This document shows positions 39,799 to 49,003 of a stretch of DNA of 64,000 bases, one piece after another; within the stretch, counting starts at the first letter, position 1; the number at the start of each line of letters is the position of its first letter. Source of the DNA: a virus; IMG/VR virus record IMGVR_UViG_3300045919_000631, positions 32,001-96,000 of that record. One strand, written 5' to 3'. The notes below the pieces were generated by a model. The model saw nothing but the letters and a program-made list of their open reading frames with translations. It was not told where the DNA came from and did no database searches. The translations under genes were made by a program, and so were the position numbers.

Positions 39799-42174
39799 TT
39801 ATCCAACTAGCTCGTTAAAATTGACTCCCGTGCGTGTTGCATTGAAGTTTACTAAAATAAACTCTGCTGTACGGACCGGTTTTAGGTATATATCAACAAC
39901 TAATTCATTTGCATCAATAATATCTGGAGTATTATTACGAGTGTCACAAACAATCATATAGTCGTATAATCCTTCCGTATTCTTTGCGTATTCAAAGATT
40001 GGAGTAAGAGTATTAACTAGATTTGTTCTTGTTAAGAGAGTGTTTGGCTCAAATACGTAATATTTAGCAGCAGCTGCTGTAGCTTTTTCAAGAGCTAAGA
40101 ATAAACGACGAACATTGATTCTATCAAACACGCTCGGGCGCTTTAAGAGAGTCTTTTGTCCGTAAATTACTAGACCTTCATTTGCAAAATATGCAACAGG
40201 GTTTGTGCTAATTTTATAGAGCTGATCGCGTTGTTTTTGTTTTGGATACAACGCAGCTCCTGTAACACCTTTTACAACTCCTCTATTAAACCCAGCTGGT
40301 GCTTGCCATGGTTGCGAGTTAGAATCTGTAAGAGCCATTGCTGCGGCAGCAAAGCCTGAAAATGGAACATATACTTGACCATCTAACACACCATCATATG
40401 CTTGAACCCAATTATCATACGTTGTAGCGTAACTTGTATTAACAGTTGCAAGAACGTTGCGAATTGCGTTATAAACATTCTGTGAGAAATTATTGGCAAC
40501 ATTGTCAAGTGTTTTGAAGTTTTGACCTTGTACGAAGATTTCTCTTGGAAGATCTGCAATGAACAAGTGATCTTTTCTTACAAATTCAGCAAATTGAGCA
40601 AATCTTTGGAATACTGAATTCCAATCTGCTGCAAATGCAGCAGCATCTGCGGGCCAAACTGTGATATCTGCGGCGGCTAATCCGCTTATAGCGCTCACAA
40701 ATACATTATCATCAAAGTATTCTGTGCCTGTCTGGCCGCTTAGATAATTTTTGACAGCATAGATTGTTGAAAGGCCACCATCAACTGTGATATCAAGGTT
40801 ATAGAGATCTGCATTTTCTGCAATACTAAACATTCTATCAAGCTTTAATGGAATTGCACCAAGATATTTGTTTTGTGGATTTGTATCTGCAAATGCGCCG
40901 ACTGTGAATAAGCTATCTGCAGCATTTAAGTATGCCCAAGAAGATGTCAATGTTTTGATTAATGACTGTGTTTGCTGATAGCTTGTGCTACCATACGCTC
41001 CAGACAATGTCACCAATGTGCTTGACAATAATGGTACGTTAGCGCATTTTGATGTAATAATGCGCACTTTATTTGATGGATTACCTGCAACGTCTAACCA
41101 AGTTGCTCCATTTTTGTGAGATATGTAATCGTTGATTAACACTTGCACATTTGGAGAGTTATCTTCAACAGCTCCTAAAAATAGATTAATTGGCTGGCCA
41201 CCTTGCTGGCTATTTACTTGACGATAATAATCAAGTGAACCAACATATTTTTCAGCGAGAGTGTAATCAAGCTTGATTGTTGTTGGTGAGAATGTTGACT
41301 GCTTTAATTTAAACAATCCAAATGATATCATGTCATCGTTTGTTCTCGTATTAAGATCAAACTGACTTAAATTTTCCATCACTTCAGAAATGCTTGCATT
41401 AATTTGACCGTAAGATGATGGAGTTGCATCTGATGCAGCTGAAAGAATGAAATTTAGACGAGATGCAGGTAATACTGTGTAGTTATATGTGCTTGTAGCA
41501 GAGTATGACACAGATTGAACATTTAAAATTTCATCAAAATTTGTTGCGGGCGTTGCGTTTGTATTGTCTGCTAAACCAACGTAATATCCTTCGTATCGAG
41601 GATTTACTGTTGTTTGACCAATGTTTAAAACAATAATACCAGCATTGCCTAAATCAGAAAAAGAGTTAAAAGTTCCAAGTGGGCTATTTTTCCAAGAAAA
41701 CCCGTTTTGCTGAACCAAATTATTATACTGAGTCTGGTTTAACTCGAAGTGGTCAGGTTGTCCGATCAAATATAATACACCAGATGTGTATTGATTGAGA
41801 GTTGTAAGAGCCGTGCCATATGCATTACGGTCTTGAGAAATATCAACAGCTGTTACTGGATAAACTAATGCACCGAATGAACTGCCAAATCCAACACCGT
41901 TGCCACTACCGTATGGGAGTCTGTATACGCTCACATTTGCCTGCGTTTTTAACAGCGGCTCAACTGTGTGATACAAATAACGTTCTGCTGGGGTAGTAGG
42001 GCTACCAAAAATTTGAGTATATTCTGCAAGAGTCGATACTGTAATAACTTCATCAGTTGGTCCTGATGGAGCAAAACCTGCCGCTAAAATATTCGTACCC
42101 GATGGCAGCACTGGTTGCTGTTGCAACTCGTTTTCAGCAATTTGGACGCCTGGTGAAGTGATTGTAAGTGCCAT
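39799..42174 (-). CDS. tail sheath protein (T4 gp18)
   Basis: SPGVQIAE, PWQAPAGFNRG, FDRINVRRLF, FEPN, CDTRNNTPDIIDANELVVDIYLKPVRTAEFI; TAAATA (-) 42182-42187. Confidence 0.96.
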   Translation of the reverse strand: MALTITSPGVQIAENELQQQPVLPSGTNILAAGFAPSGPTDEVITVSTLAEYTQIFGSPTTPAERYLYHTVEPLLKTQANVSVYRLPYGSGNGVGFGSSFGALVYPVTAVDISQDRNAYGTALTTLNQYTSGVLYLIGQPDHFELNQTQYNNLVQQNGFSWKNSPLGTFNSFSDLGNAGIIVLNIGQTTVNPRYEGYYVGLADNTNATPATNFDEILNVQSVSYSATSTYNYTVLPASRLNFILSAASDATPSSYGQINASISEVMENLSQFDLNTRTNDDMISFGLFKLKQSTFSPTTIKLDYTLAEKYVGSLDYYRQVNSQQGGQPINLFLGAVEDNSPNVQVLINDYISHKNGATWLDVAGNPSNKVRIITSKCANVPLLSSTLVTLSGAYGSTSYQQTQSLIKTLTSSWAYLNAADSLFTVGAFADTNPQNKYLGAIPLKLDRMFSIAENADLYNLDITVDGGLSTIYAVKNYLSGQTGTEYFDDNVFVSAISGLAAADITVWPADAAAFAADWNSVFQRFAQFAEFVRKDHLFIADLPREIFVQGQNFKTLDNVANNFSQNVYNAIRNVLATVNTSYATTYDNWVQAYDGVLDGQVYVPFSGFAAAAMALTDSNSQPWQAPAGFNRGVVKGVTGAALYPKQKQRDQLYKISTNPVAYFANEGLVIYGQKTLLKRPSVFDRINVRRLFLALEKATAAAAKYYVFEPNTLLTRTNLVNTLTPIFEYAKNTEGLYDYMIVCDTRNNTPDIIDANELVVDIYLKPVRTAEFILVNFNATRTGVNFNELVG

Positions 42175-42205
42175 ATGCTATTATTTATGGTTTTCAAACC
42201 AAAAA

Positions 42206-42814
42206 TTATAACGGTACAGCAAAGAACTGGGAAAACGAAAACTTAAACCCTGATGTAATCTCATCTGGGTCTTTATAATCGTAGCTAATTCCATTTAGCG
42301 ACACGGGAAATGCTTTTGTGTATGTAAATTGCATTACTGGTTTTTCAAACTCATCAAGGGCATACACTGTTAAGTCAGCCTGATATTTCTCGGGAGCCAC
42401 TTTCTGTGGGTTTGCAATAGCATTTTGTGGAGTATCGCTCCGGGCATCATAATATGACACTTTTTGATCATTTAATATGTCTAGCCAGCGATATATAACG
42501 TAATAATTATTAAATTTGTTGTCAATTGTAAAGCCGACATCTATATCAGCATAAGGTTCTCTATTATTTGATGATACTTTAAAAGACTGGCCGCTATAGC
42601 CAGCTGTTATACCCGGTACTATAATTTCTGGAACAACTGACCCAAATACAGAGAATTGAAGTGATTTCTCGACAAATAATTTTTTATCTCTCGAAGATAA
42701 ATCACTTGTTGCTAAATCTTTTAGAGCTGCGGGGTAATTTAATACAAGCAGAAATTTATCTTTTCTGCTTTTATTAAGCTGTGATTGAATATTATTATCT
42801 ATGATCTCACTCAT
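42206..42814 (-). CDS. tail tube terminator/completion protein (gp3-like)
   Basis: YADIDVGFTIDNKFNNYYVIYRW, AFPVSLNGISYD; ATG 42814 overlaps terminase stop. Confidence 0.7.
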   Translation of the reverse strand: MSEIIDNNIQSQLNKSRKDKFLLVLNYPAALKDLATSDLSSRDKKLFVEKSLQFSVFGSVVPEIIVPGITAGYSGQSFKVSSNNREPYADIDVGFTIDNKFNNYYVIYRWLDILNDQKVSYYDARSDTPQNAIANPQKVAPEKYQADLTVYALDEFEKPVMQFTYTKAFPVSLNGISYDYKDPDEITSGFKFSFSQFFAVPL

Positions 42815-44502
42815 CGCATTGGCTTCCAACCCGAACTCATTAGATCAGCAATCTCATCTGGTTCTGAATTATTTGGTCCAATTATAAATGGATTAACGTT
42901 TCCAGCACCGGATGAATCACTTTCATTATAGAATGAATGCGGGTTCGTAAAATACTTAATACCAAAATCAATTTGCTTTATTAATAGCGGTCTATTGTTT
43001 GAGTCGTGTTTGAGAATTTCGAAATATCTCTGAACAATCGCTTCGTCAAGTACGAGCAACGCCCACACCATGCTCATTACTCTATCGTCATTAATATTTG
43101 TACCTGTTCTAGCGCTCCATGTACCATTTGCGTTGCGCATAAAGTTTTTAAGCTCTTTTACAAGATTAACATCTCTAATTTGAACAACTTCGAGTTCATT
43201 TACCCAATATCTCATATTAGTGATGCCTGTAAATTTTGTGTTTGTGTGATTTATGATACCTAATTGATCTTTAGAGCGGCCAGCTGCTGATGCACCCCAA
43301 GATACTATATTTTCATATTGGTGGACGTTTCGTAAACTATCAACGACTTGCGCTCCGCAGCTATTTCGCTCAATACAAGCAAGTGGTTTACCCCATTGCG
43401 TTAATATTTCATATACCTTTTCAGTGAAATTATATGGAGATATGCTATTATTATGATAGCAAGCCACTTGCTTAATATTTGTTAACTCTGTAATATCAAA
43501 GATATTAACGACTGATGCATCTCTGTCAATTCCTTCTCCAACGTCAATGCCAGCTACATATATTTGACCATCAATTGGCTGTTCCCATATTTGATAGTGA
43601 CCATCCTCCATTAGGTACTTTGGTTGCTTAATTTGCATGAGCAGTTTCTCGTACAATTCTTCATTTACTGTGCTTTCTCCAGCGTCAAGAAATTCACAGC
43701 CAAATTCTTGATTAAACGCTTCTTCACTGCCGATTGTGGCAATTGTTTGTTTTCTCCAGCGTTCATCTCTGCCAGGGACTTCATTCCAGAGAATTTTATC
43801 ACAACTCCAACCGTTACTACCTTCCTCAGCTCCTTTATATAAAGTGTAAAACAAGTTTCCGGTGCCGTTTGCAGTTGATGCTATAAAAATTTTAGATTTT
43901 TTAGATGATGAAACGATTGGATAAACTGATTTCCAAAATTCCTCAACTAAATGAGAGTCAATAAATGCTAATTCATCCAAAATCAAACAATTGATAGATT
44001 GACCTCTAGCAGCTGTACCAGTTGTTGTAGATATGCCAATTTTGGATCCATTTGCTAATACCATTGAGGTTTTGCCATATTCTTTAACGCCGGGCTTGAG
44101 CCAATTTGGTAACTCTTCATACGCTAAACGAATTCTTCGAAAAATTTCAATTGCGGTTCCTTCTTTATTAGCAACAATTAAAATGCTTTGATCTTTTAAA
44201 AAGCATGCAATCCATAGAGCGTAAATTGTTAACAATGTAGTTTTACCAATTTGGCGGCTGGCTAACAGCACAAAGAACCTTTCATCTCTCATCTTTCTAA
44301 TAGCTCTTTTTTGACAAGGATGCAAAGCAATTTTTTGCTTGCCTTCATCTAGTGACACTATATAAAAGTAGTTTTCAGCAAAATACAGCAAGTTCTTATT
44401 GCATTTTGATATCTCTTGAACCATCTCTGATGTATATTCAAATTCCGCATCAGCAGTTGGGAGATTAGGATTATTTAGATATGTCTGTTTATTCTTAGTC
44501 AT
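42811..44502 (-). CDS. terminase large subunit (T4 gp17)
   Basis: YLNNPNLP, SRQIGKTT Walker A, LILDELAF Walker B, STANG, FNQEFGCEF, GIDVGEG, DDRVMS nuclease motifs. Confidence 0.97.
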   Translation of the reverse strand: MTKNKQTYLNNPNLPTADAEFEYTSEMVQEISKCNKNLLYFAENYFYIVSLDEGKQKIALHPCQKRAIRKMRDERFFVLLASRQIGKTTLLTIYALWIACFLKDQSILIVANKEGTAIEIFRRIRLAYEELPNWLKPGVKEYGKTSMVLANGSKIGISTTTGTAARGQSINCLILDELAFIDSHLVEEFWKSVYPIVSSSKKSKIFIASTANGTGNLFYTLYKGAEEGSNGWSCDKILWNEVPGRDERWRKQTIATIGSEEAFNQEFGCEFLDAGESTVNEELYEKLLMQIKQPKYLMEDGHYQIWEQPIDGQIYVAGIDVGEGIDRDASVVNIFDITELTNIKQVACYHNNSISPYNFTEKVYEILTQWGKPLACIERNSCGAQVVDSLRNVHQYENIVSWGASAAGRSKDQLGIINHTNTKFTGITNMRYWVNELEVVQIRDVNLVKELKNFMRNANGTWSARTGTNINDDRVMSMVWALLVLDEAIVQRYFEILKHDSNNRPLLIKQIDFGIKYFTNPHSFYNESDSSGAGNVNPFIIGPNNSEPDEIADLMSSGWKPMR

Positions 44503-44508
44503 TGCTTC

Positions 44509-44520
44509 TATAAATATTTA
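44509..44520. promoter_or_regulatory. bidirectional late promoter TATAAATATTTA
   Basis: palindrome TAAATATTTA 44511-44520 in the 19-bp gap between divergent terminase (ATG 44502) and 44522. Confidence 0.7.
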
Positions 44521-44521
44521 C

Positions 44522-45511
44522 ATGTCGCAATCAAAGAATCTATTAGAGATATGGGATGTCTATGCTAACAGAGTTATCTTAGCAGAAAAGGCACCAGCTA
44601 AAAAAACTGATACTTTTTCTTCCAAACCCGGAAAAGGACCAGCTGCTCTAAACAGTAAAGAAGCACAAGCAATGGCTCATAAAGACACGTCTGGGCCAAA
44701 TAGCGCTAAGCCGCTTCAAAAACCTCTCGATGTTAAAGATGTAAAGACTAATCCAAAAGATGCTGTCTACGGAGTTCAACGTTTTACCGTAGCAAACGGA
44801 AAATTTGATGAAAGTATAGAAAAAAGATCTAAAGCGGTAATAAATAATTACATGAAATCTATTTTCGATAAATTGTTTGAAGATGTTATGGGTGGCGACG
44901 ATTCTGCTGATCTTAAAGCCCTTGGCGTTGATACAAAAGACGGCCTTGATGCAGGTCAACCAGGAGAAGAAGGAATGGGTGACGAGTCTGGTGATGTAAC
45001 AGTTACATTAACAGCTGATCAAGTAGATTGTTTGCGTGCAATTTTATCTCAACTTGACGGTGATGATGCTAGCGGGGATGATTTAGAGCAGGGTCTCGGC
45101 GACGAAGGCAGCCCTGAAACTGATGAAATTGGTAATCCAGGTGAAGAAGATTCTGAAGAAGAGGACAAAGAAGATGAAGATGTCACAAAAGAATCAGTTG
45201 CAGCTAGCGTAGACAATAATGTTGATGGCAGTGGTAAAGTTTTAGGCACAGCAATTACAGATGAAGATAAGCTCAATAATGGCTTTGTTAAAAAAGGTAA
45301 TGCAGTTGTAAAGAGCACAGTTTCTAAGCTCGGTAAAAAAGGAAGTCTTGGTAACGGTAATGTAGCAAATGCTGTAGATGGTAGCGGTAAAGTTTTAGGC
45401 ACAGCAATTACAGACGAAGATAAACTTTCAAGCGGAATGACAAAAGTTGGTAAAGGTGCAAATGTTGTCAAGACAAAAATTGGTAAGCCAGGCAGCGATT
45501 TTTTCAGCTAA
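44522..45511 (+). CDS. putative prohead core/scaffold-like protein
   Basis: basic N-terminus, very acidic middle, duplicated VDGSGKVLGTAITDEDKL; ILAE, LFE and TKE resemble gp21 cleavage sites; late promoter and terminator. Confidence 0.55.
   Translation: MSQSKNLLEIWDVYANRVILAEKAPAKKTDTFSSKPGKGPAALNSKEAQAMAHKDTSGPNSAKPLQKPLDVKDVKTNPKDAVYGVQRFTVANGKFDESIEKRSKAVINNYMKSIFDKLFEDVMGGDDSADLKALGVDTKDGLDAGQPGEEGMGDESGDVTVTLTADQVDCLRAILSQLDGDDASGDDLEQGLGDEGSPETDEIGNPGEEDSEEEDKEDEDVTKESVAASVDNNVDGSGKVLGTAITDEDKLNNGFVKKGNAVVKSTVSKLGKKGSLGNGNVANAVDGSGKVLGTAITDEDKLSSGMTKVGKGANVVKTKIGKPGSDFFS
44841..44846 (+). promoter_or_regulatory. internal late promoter box TAAATA
   Basis: 5 nt before in-frame ATG 44852 (MKSIFDKLFE). 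Confidence 0.5.
45224..45423 (+). repeat. internal direct repeat (~47 bp, 153 bp apart)
   Basis: gatggcagtggtaaagttttaggcacagcaattacagatgaagataa vs gatggtagcggtaaagttttaggcacagcaattacagacgaagataa. Confidence 0.9.
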
Positions 45512-45534
45512 TAGATTTAAAAAGAAAATAGATT

Positions 45535-45560
45535 AAAGCCGGCTTAGAGCCGGCTTTTTT
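45535..45560 (+). terminator. intrinsic terminator
   Basis: aaagccggct-tag-agccggcttt hairpin ending in a T6 run, downstream of 44522..45511. Confidence 0.85.
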
Positions 45561-45581
45561 ATGGTTCGATTAAATAATTGC

Positions 45582-45950
45582 GTGGATTCTTTTAAAAAAT
45601 ATTTTACCACTCAAATTGGGCCTAAGCACAGACACCGAAAAGACTTTACTACAGCCACTGGCAGTAAAGGCTATCAACGTCAGCAAGTAAATTTAGTTCC
45701 GCGATTGGCTCAAAATAATGCTTCAGATTTTTCTGGAGCACCTTCTTTTGTGGAAAAAAATCACAAAATTGAAACTCTAAAAAAGGCTCCTGGTAGATTT
45801 TTCTGTGATGGGAAAGATGTAGATTTCATTACAAAAACCTACTTAAAAGGTTCTGCAATTAAGCCTGGAGAAATAAAAATGCTTGGTGGTAAGATGGGGA
45901 TTAAGTTTTACCAAGATGCTAAAACCGGCAAATATATAATTGAAAAATGA
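45582..45950 (+). CDS. hypothetical basic late protein (GTG start likely)
   Basis: ORF 45561..45950; TAAATA 45571-45576 lies 5 nt before GTG 45582 (MDSFKKYF). Confidence 0.65.
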   Translation: MDSFKKYFTTQIGPKHRHRKDFTTATGSKGYQRQQVNLVPRLAQNNASDFSGAPSFVEKNHKIETLKKAPGRFFCDGKDVDFITKTYLKGSAIKPGEIKMLGGKMGIKFYQDAKTGKYIIEK

Positions 45951-46003
45951 CCTTCAACGAGCTATATACTATCCTTGAAAACGACTTCATGAATGGCTTA
46001 GAT
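45947..46003 (+). repeat. 57-bp gene-start repeat, copy 1
   Basis: 56/57 identical to 47256-47312. Confidence 0.95.
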
Positions 46004-46390
46004 GACGTTGATAAAGAAGCGTTTTTCTATAAAATCAGAGTTAATCCAAACGACTTTGAAAAGTGTGGGGAAGGTTGGGTCGCTAAAAGTCTTAAAAATA
46101 AACCAAAAAGTTTAGAAAAAGATTGTATCATGTTTGTTGATGGCACTAAAGTGTGGTGGAAAAACGGAGAGCGCCATCGCGACGATAGACCTGCTATAGA
46201 ATATGCTAGTGGCACTAAAGAGTGGTGGAAAAATGGGAGACTTCATCGCGATAATGGACCTGCTATAGAACGAGCTAGTGGCTCTAAAGAGTGGTATAAA
46301 AACGGAAAATGTCATCGCGACGATGGACCTGCTATAGAACGAGCTAGTGGCTATAAAGAGTGGTGGAAAAACGGAGTAAAAATTAAATGA
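45947..46390 (+). CDS. leader-tagged protein with 23-aa KEWWKNGxxHRDDGPAIE repeats (MORN/YwqK-like)
   Basis: about 3.4 tandem 69-bp units starting 46141, 46210, 46279, 46348; N-terminus shared with 47256. Confidence 0.75.
   Translation: MTFNELYTILENDFMNGLDDVDKEAFFYKIRVNPNDFEKCGEGWVAKSLKNKPKSLEKDCIMFVDGTKVWWKNGERHRDDRPAIEYASGTKEWWKNGRLHRDNGPAIERASGSKEWYKNGKCHRDDGPAIERASGYKEWWKNGVKIK
46141..46376 (+). repeat. 69-bp coding tandem repeat
   Basis: units begin tggc(a/t)(c/a)taaag and contain catcgcga...acctgctatagaa. Confidence 0.9.
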
Positions 46391-47256
46391 TCGACTATAC
46401 CGGCAACTGTTTTCCAGGAATCGTTGACGATAGCACTTTTTGCTTTCGTTATAATGATAAAGCTACAAATGAAAATGAGCAATACCTTTTTCAAAGCTAT
46501 TGGAATGAGCAAATTAATACATACGGTCAACGCACAACCTATTACGTCAATACCTACAATGTATTGAGCGCTGATAACATTTATGGTGAGCAGCCGGCCC
46601 GACGCTTTGCTCCTGGTGTGAGCCTTATTATGGCAATTGAGTTGAGTGAAAATGCAAATACTCTTTCAAAATTTGGCTTTCAAGCTGATGATGAAATCAC
46701 AGCATATGTGACAATATCAGGATTTTATAACGCTTTTAATTCTTTAGGATTGACATTGATGACAACAACCAGTGGAGTTTCAGGTAACGTCCTCGACACT
46801 CAAAATTCTCAAGATATTCGAACTGAAACATCAACAGTGTATGAAACTCAATTTAATCAGGTTCAGCCCAAAGCTGGTGACGTTTTTGCAATGACAGAGT
46901 ACGGCCAAGGACGTCCTGGTGGTCGAAGCGGTATTCAATTTGAAGTCACTGAAATTATTGATCAGGATATTACAAAAATAAATCAGCTCGGTGGCCATTA
47001 CGTTTGGATGCTAAAAGCAAAACGCTTTGATTATAGCTTTGAGCCAGGGCTATCTGCTGAAGCTAAAAGCGATCAAGTATTTGATAATTCATTTTCTGGT
47101 CAACTTAGCGGTGGTGTCGATGATGACGTTATTCCTACTCCAGTTGATACGTCAATCGATAAAAAATATCCTCTTAATATCGACCAAACTAGCAAAACTG
47201 TTGTCTTTAATATGTCAGCTAATAATGATACAGCTGTCTATGGAGGTTATTACTAA
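46387..47256 (+). CDS. neck protein (T4 gp14-like head-tail connector)
   Basis: EQINTYGQRTTYY, DNIYGEQ, LSKFGFQADDEITAYV, PKAGD, FEVTEI, QLGGHYVWMLK..FDYS gp14 motifs. Confidence 0.85.
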   Translation: MIDYTGNCFPGIVDDSTFCFRYNDKATNENEQYLFQSYWNEQINTYGQRTTYYVNTYNVLSADNIYGEQPARRFAPGVSLIMAIELSENANTLSKFGFQADDEITAYVTISGFYNAFNSLGLTLMTTTSGVSGNVLDTQNSQDIRTETSTVYETQFNQVQPKAGDVFAMTEYGQGRPGGRSGIQFEVTEIIDQDITKINQLGGHYVWMLKAKRFDYSFEPGLSAEAKSDQVFDNSFSGQLSGGVDDDVIPTPVDTSIDKKYPLNIDQTSKTVVFNMSANNDTAVYGGYY

Positions 47257-47312
47257 TGACCTTCAACGCGCTATATACTATCCTTGAAAACGACTTCATG
47301 AATGGCTTAGAT
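47256..47312 (+). repeat. 57-bp gene-start repeat, copy 2
   Basis: 56/57 identical to 45947-46003. Confidence 0.95.
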
Positions 47313-47612
47313 CAGGTCGAAGATGAATTAAAATGGCATCTCCCGTTTTATGTGTGGGATAGTAGTCCAAAAACAATTAACACTAAACAATTTAGCAGTA
47401 TTGCAGAGCACTGGATGTCTTACATAAAAGAAATCCATAAAAAATATAAAACTGCGAAAGAATTTCGAGATGCTATTCTCGAAGGAGAGCCTCTCATGTT
47501 TGAGAGGACTGGAGATGGTATAAAATATTTAGACGGTTCTGTATATTCTTATAAAGTGGTCTTCTGCTCTAATATAGATCGTCTCAAGGAATTTGTCAAG
47601 ACCTTGAAGTAG
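47256..47612 (+). CDS. leader-tagged hypothetical protein
   Basis: first 19 aa MTFNALYTILENDFMNGLD near-identical to 45947; remainder unrelated. Confidence 0.7.
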   Translation: MTFNALYTILENDFMNGLDQVEDELKWHLPFYVWDSSPKTINTKQFSSIAEHWMSYIKEIHKKYKTAKEFRDAILEGEPLMFERTGDGIKYLDGSVYSYKVVFCSNIDRLKEFVKTLK

Positions 47613-47835
47613 CTTTTTGAATCATCCAATTTTCGATATCGTATCGCATATCTTTTTCGCGATCAATGATGTATTTTTGAAACGCGAGTGGTTTAATCCA
47701 AGAACTATTCTTATCAGGGTTTAAACCGAGTTGCTCAGCTTTTTGACAAGCTAAATTTACTCCCTCAATTAAACAGGCCATTCGAGCCAAAAAATCTATT
47801 CCATACTCTTCTTCTAAGTTACTTGTTACTGTCAT
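47596..47835 (-). CDS. hypothetical protein
   Basis: 79-aa ORF in overlapping minus-strand run. Confidence 0.65.
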   Translation of the reverse strand: MTVTSNLEEEYGIDFLARMACLIEGVNLACQKAEQLGLNPDKNSSWIKPLAFQKYIIDREKDMRYDIENWMIQKATSRS

Positions 47836-48244
47836 GTAATGATTGTAACACTTTTCCCATTAGGACAATTTTAGACCGACGTTCATCATACGCATATTGT
47901 TTAGTCAGGTTAAAGCAAGTGATTAAGAGCTCCTTAATAGTTTTTTTGTTCTTTTGATAAATTACTAAACTATCTTTATCAAGTGTTTGAGGAGTTTCCT
48001 GATCTAATACATTTATAAGTGTATCAAACGCTATTCTAATTGAAGAGTTAATTTTATTTTTCTCTGTATCAATGCCTTCTTTTAAGAAAAGAAGTTCTTG
48101 GGGAGATAAATTGATATTTTTTTCAATACTTTTAACTAATTCATCAAAAGATGGTAATACCGCTTCTGGCTTTGTTACAAAAGCCACGGGCTCAACGTTT
48201 TTAAAATGAGCGTCATAAAATGATTGAGGTTCACCGTTGGCCAT
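47819..48244 (-). CDS. hypothetical protein
   Basis: 141-aa ORF. Confidence 0.65.
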   Translation of the reverse strand: MANGEPQSFYDAHFKNVEPVAFVTKPEAVLPSFDELVKSIEKNINLSPQELLFLKEGIDTEKNKINSSIRIAFDTLINVLDQETPQTLDKDSLVIYQKNKKTIKELLITCFNLTKQYAYDERRSKIVLMGKVLQSLHDSNK

Positions 48245-48617
48245 CGTTAAAATAGATTGGTTCAGTTACGAGCAACGTTTTTACAACTGTTTCTGCTTTA
48301 ATTGTCTTGTCACACTTTTTGCATTTGTAAAAAACGTCAACATCTTGCCTAATCTCAACTGGCTGTTTCACTTTTTCATTGCAAGGACATTCAATTACAG
48401 CTACGTGTTTAGATTTTAATGCATACTCCTCATTTTTAAGCTGCTGAGCCTTTAAAATTAAAGCGTTCTCAACTGTTTGGCGATATATTTCATATCCAAT
48501 AGTTTGAAGCACTATTGCAAGCATAAAAACAAGCCAAAAATGAGAAGAAAATATAAGCCCAAACACAACACTTACAAAAAGCGTCAAACCTATCGAAAAT
48601 ACCGGAGATTTAAACAT
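48231..48617 (-). CDS. membrane protein with two TM helices and C-terminal Zn-ribbon
   Basis: hydrophobic residues about 5-42; CPC...CKKC. Confidence 0.65.
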   Translation of the reverse strand: MFKSPVFSIGLTLFVSVVFGLIFSSHFWLVFMLAIVLQTIGYEIYRQTVENALILKAQQLKNEEYALKSKHVAVIECPCNEKVKQPVEIRQDVDVFYKCKKCDKTIKAETVVKTLLVTEPIYFNDGQR

Positions 48618-48970
48618 TAACCAATTTTATCTACAAGAGTGCTAATTTCAACTAATATTTTGTTTATCTCAGTTAATTTTTTCTTAGCTTCTTCTAAAAT
48701 AGGGGCTTGGTTTTTCTTGAAAGCTGGGTTAACCATTGTGTTATCAATAATTTTCTCCATATTCATCACTGTTACATACATATCTGATAAAATCTCATCG
48801 GTTCTATCAAGAGGATAAGGCTTTACATGAGGTGCTTGAGAGTTATCATCTCTATTATTTGCTCCCATTAGGGTCGACACTTTATTAGCCTCAGGTGGTG
48901 TCTCTGTTTTCATTCCAGACATCTGGCGCTGACTATTCATTTTTTGATCCTCTGAAATGAGCTTTTTCAT
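48617..48970 (-). CDS. hypothetical late protein
   Basis: TAAATA (-) 48976-48981; N-terminus MKKLISE. Confidence 0.7.
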   Translation of the reverse strand: MKKLISEDQKMNSQRQMSGMKTETPPEANKVSTLMGANNRDDNSQAPHVKPYPLDRTDEILSDMYVTVMNMEKIIDNTMVNPAFKKNQAPILEEAKKKLTEINKILVEISTLVDKIG

Positions 48971-49003
48971 TTAAATATTTATGGGAGCAATAAATAATAA
49001 CAT

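Noticed and set aside
46141-46376. Possible CRISPR mini-array
   Set aside because: Contiguous 69-bp in-frame coding units without unique spacers; no cas operon
45947-47312. Transposon or att sites bounded by 57-bp direct repeats
   Set aside because: Repeats coincide exactly with gene starts and enclose an essential neck gene; no recombinase nearby
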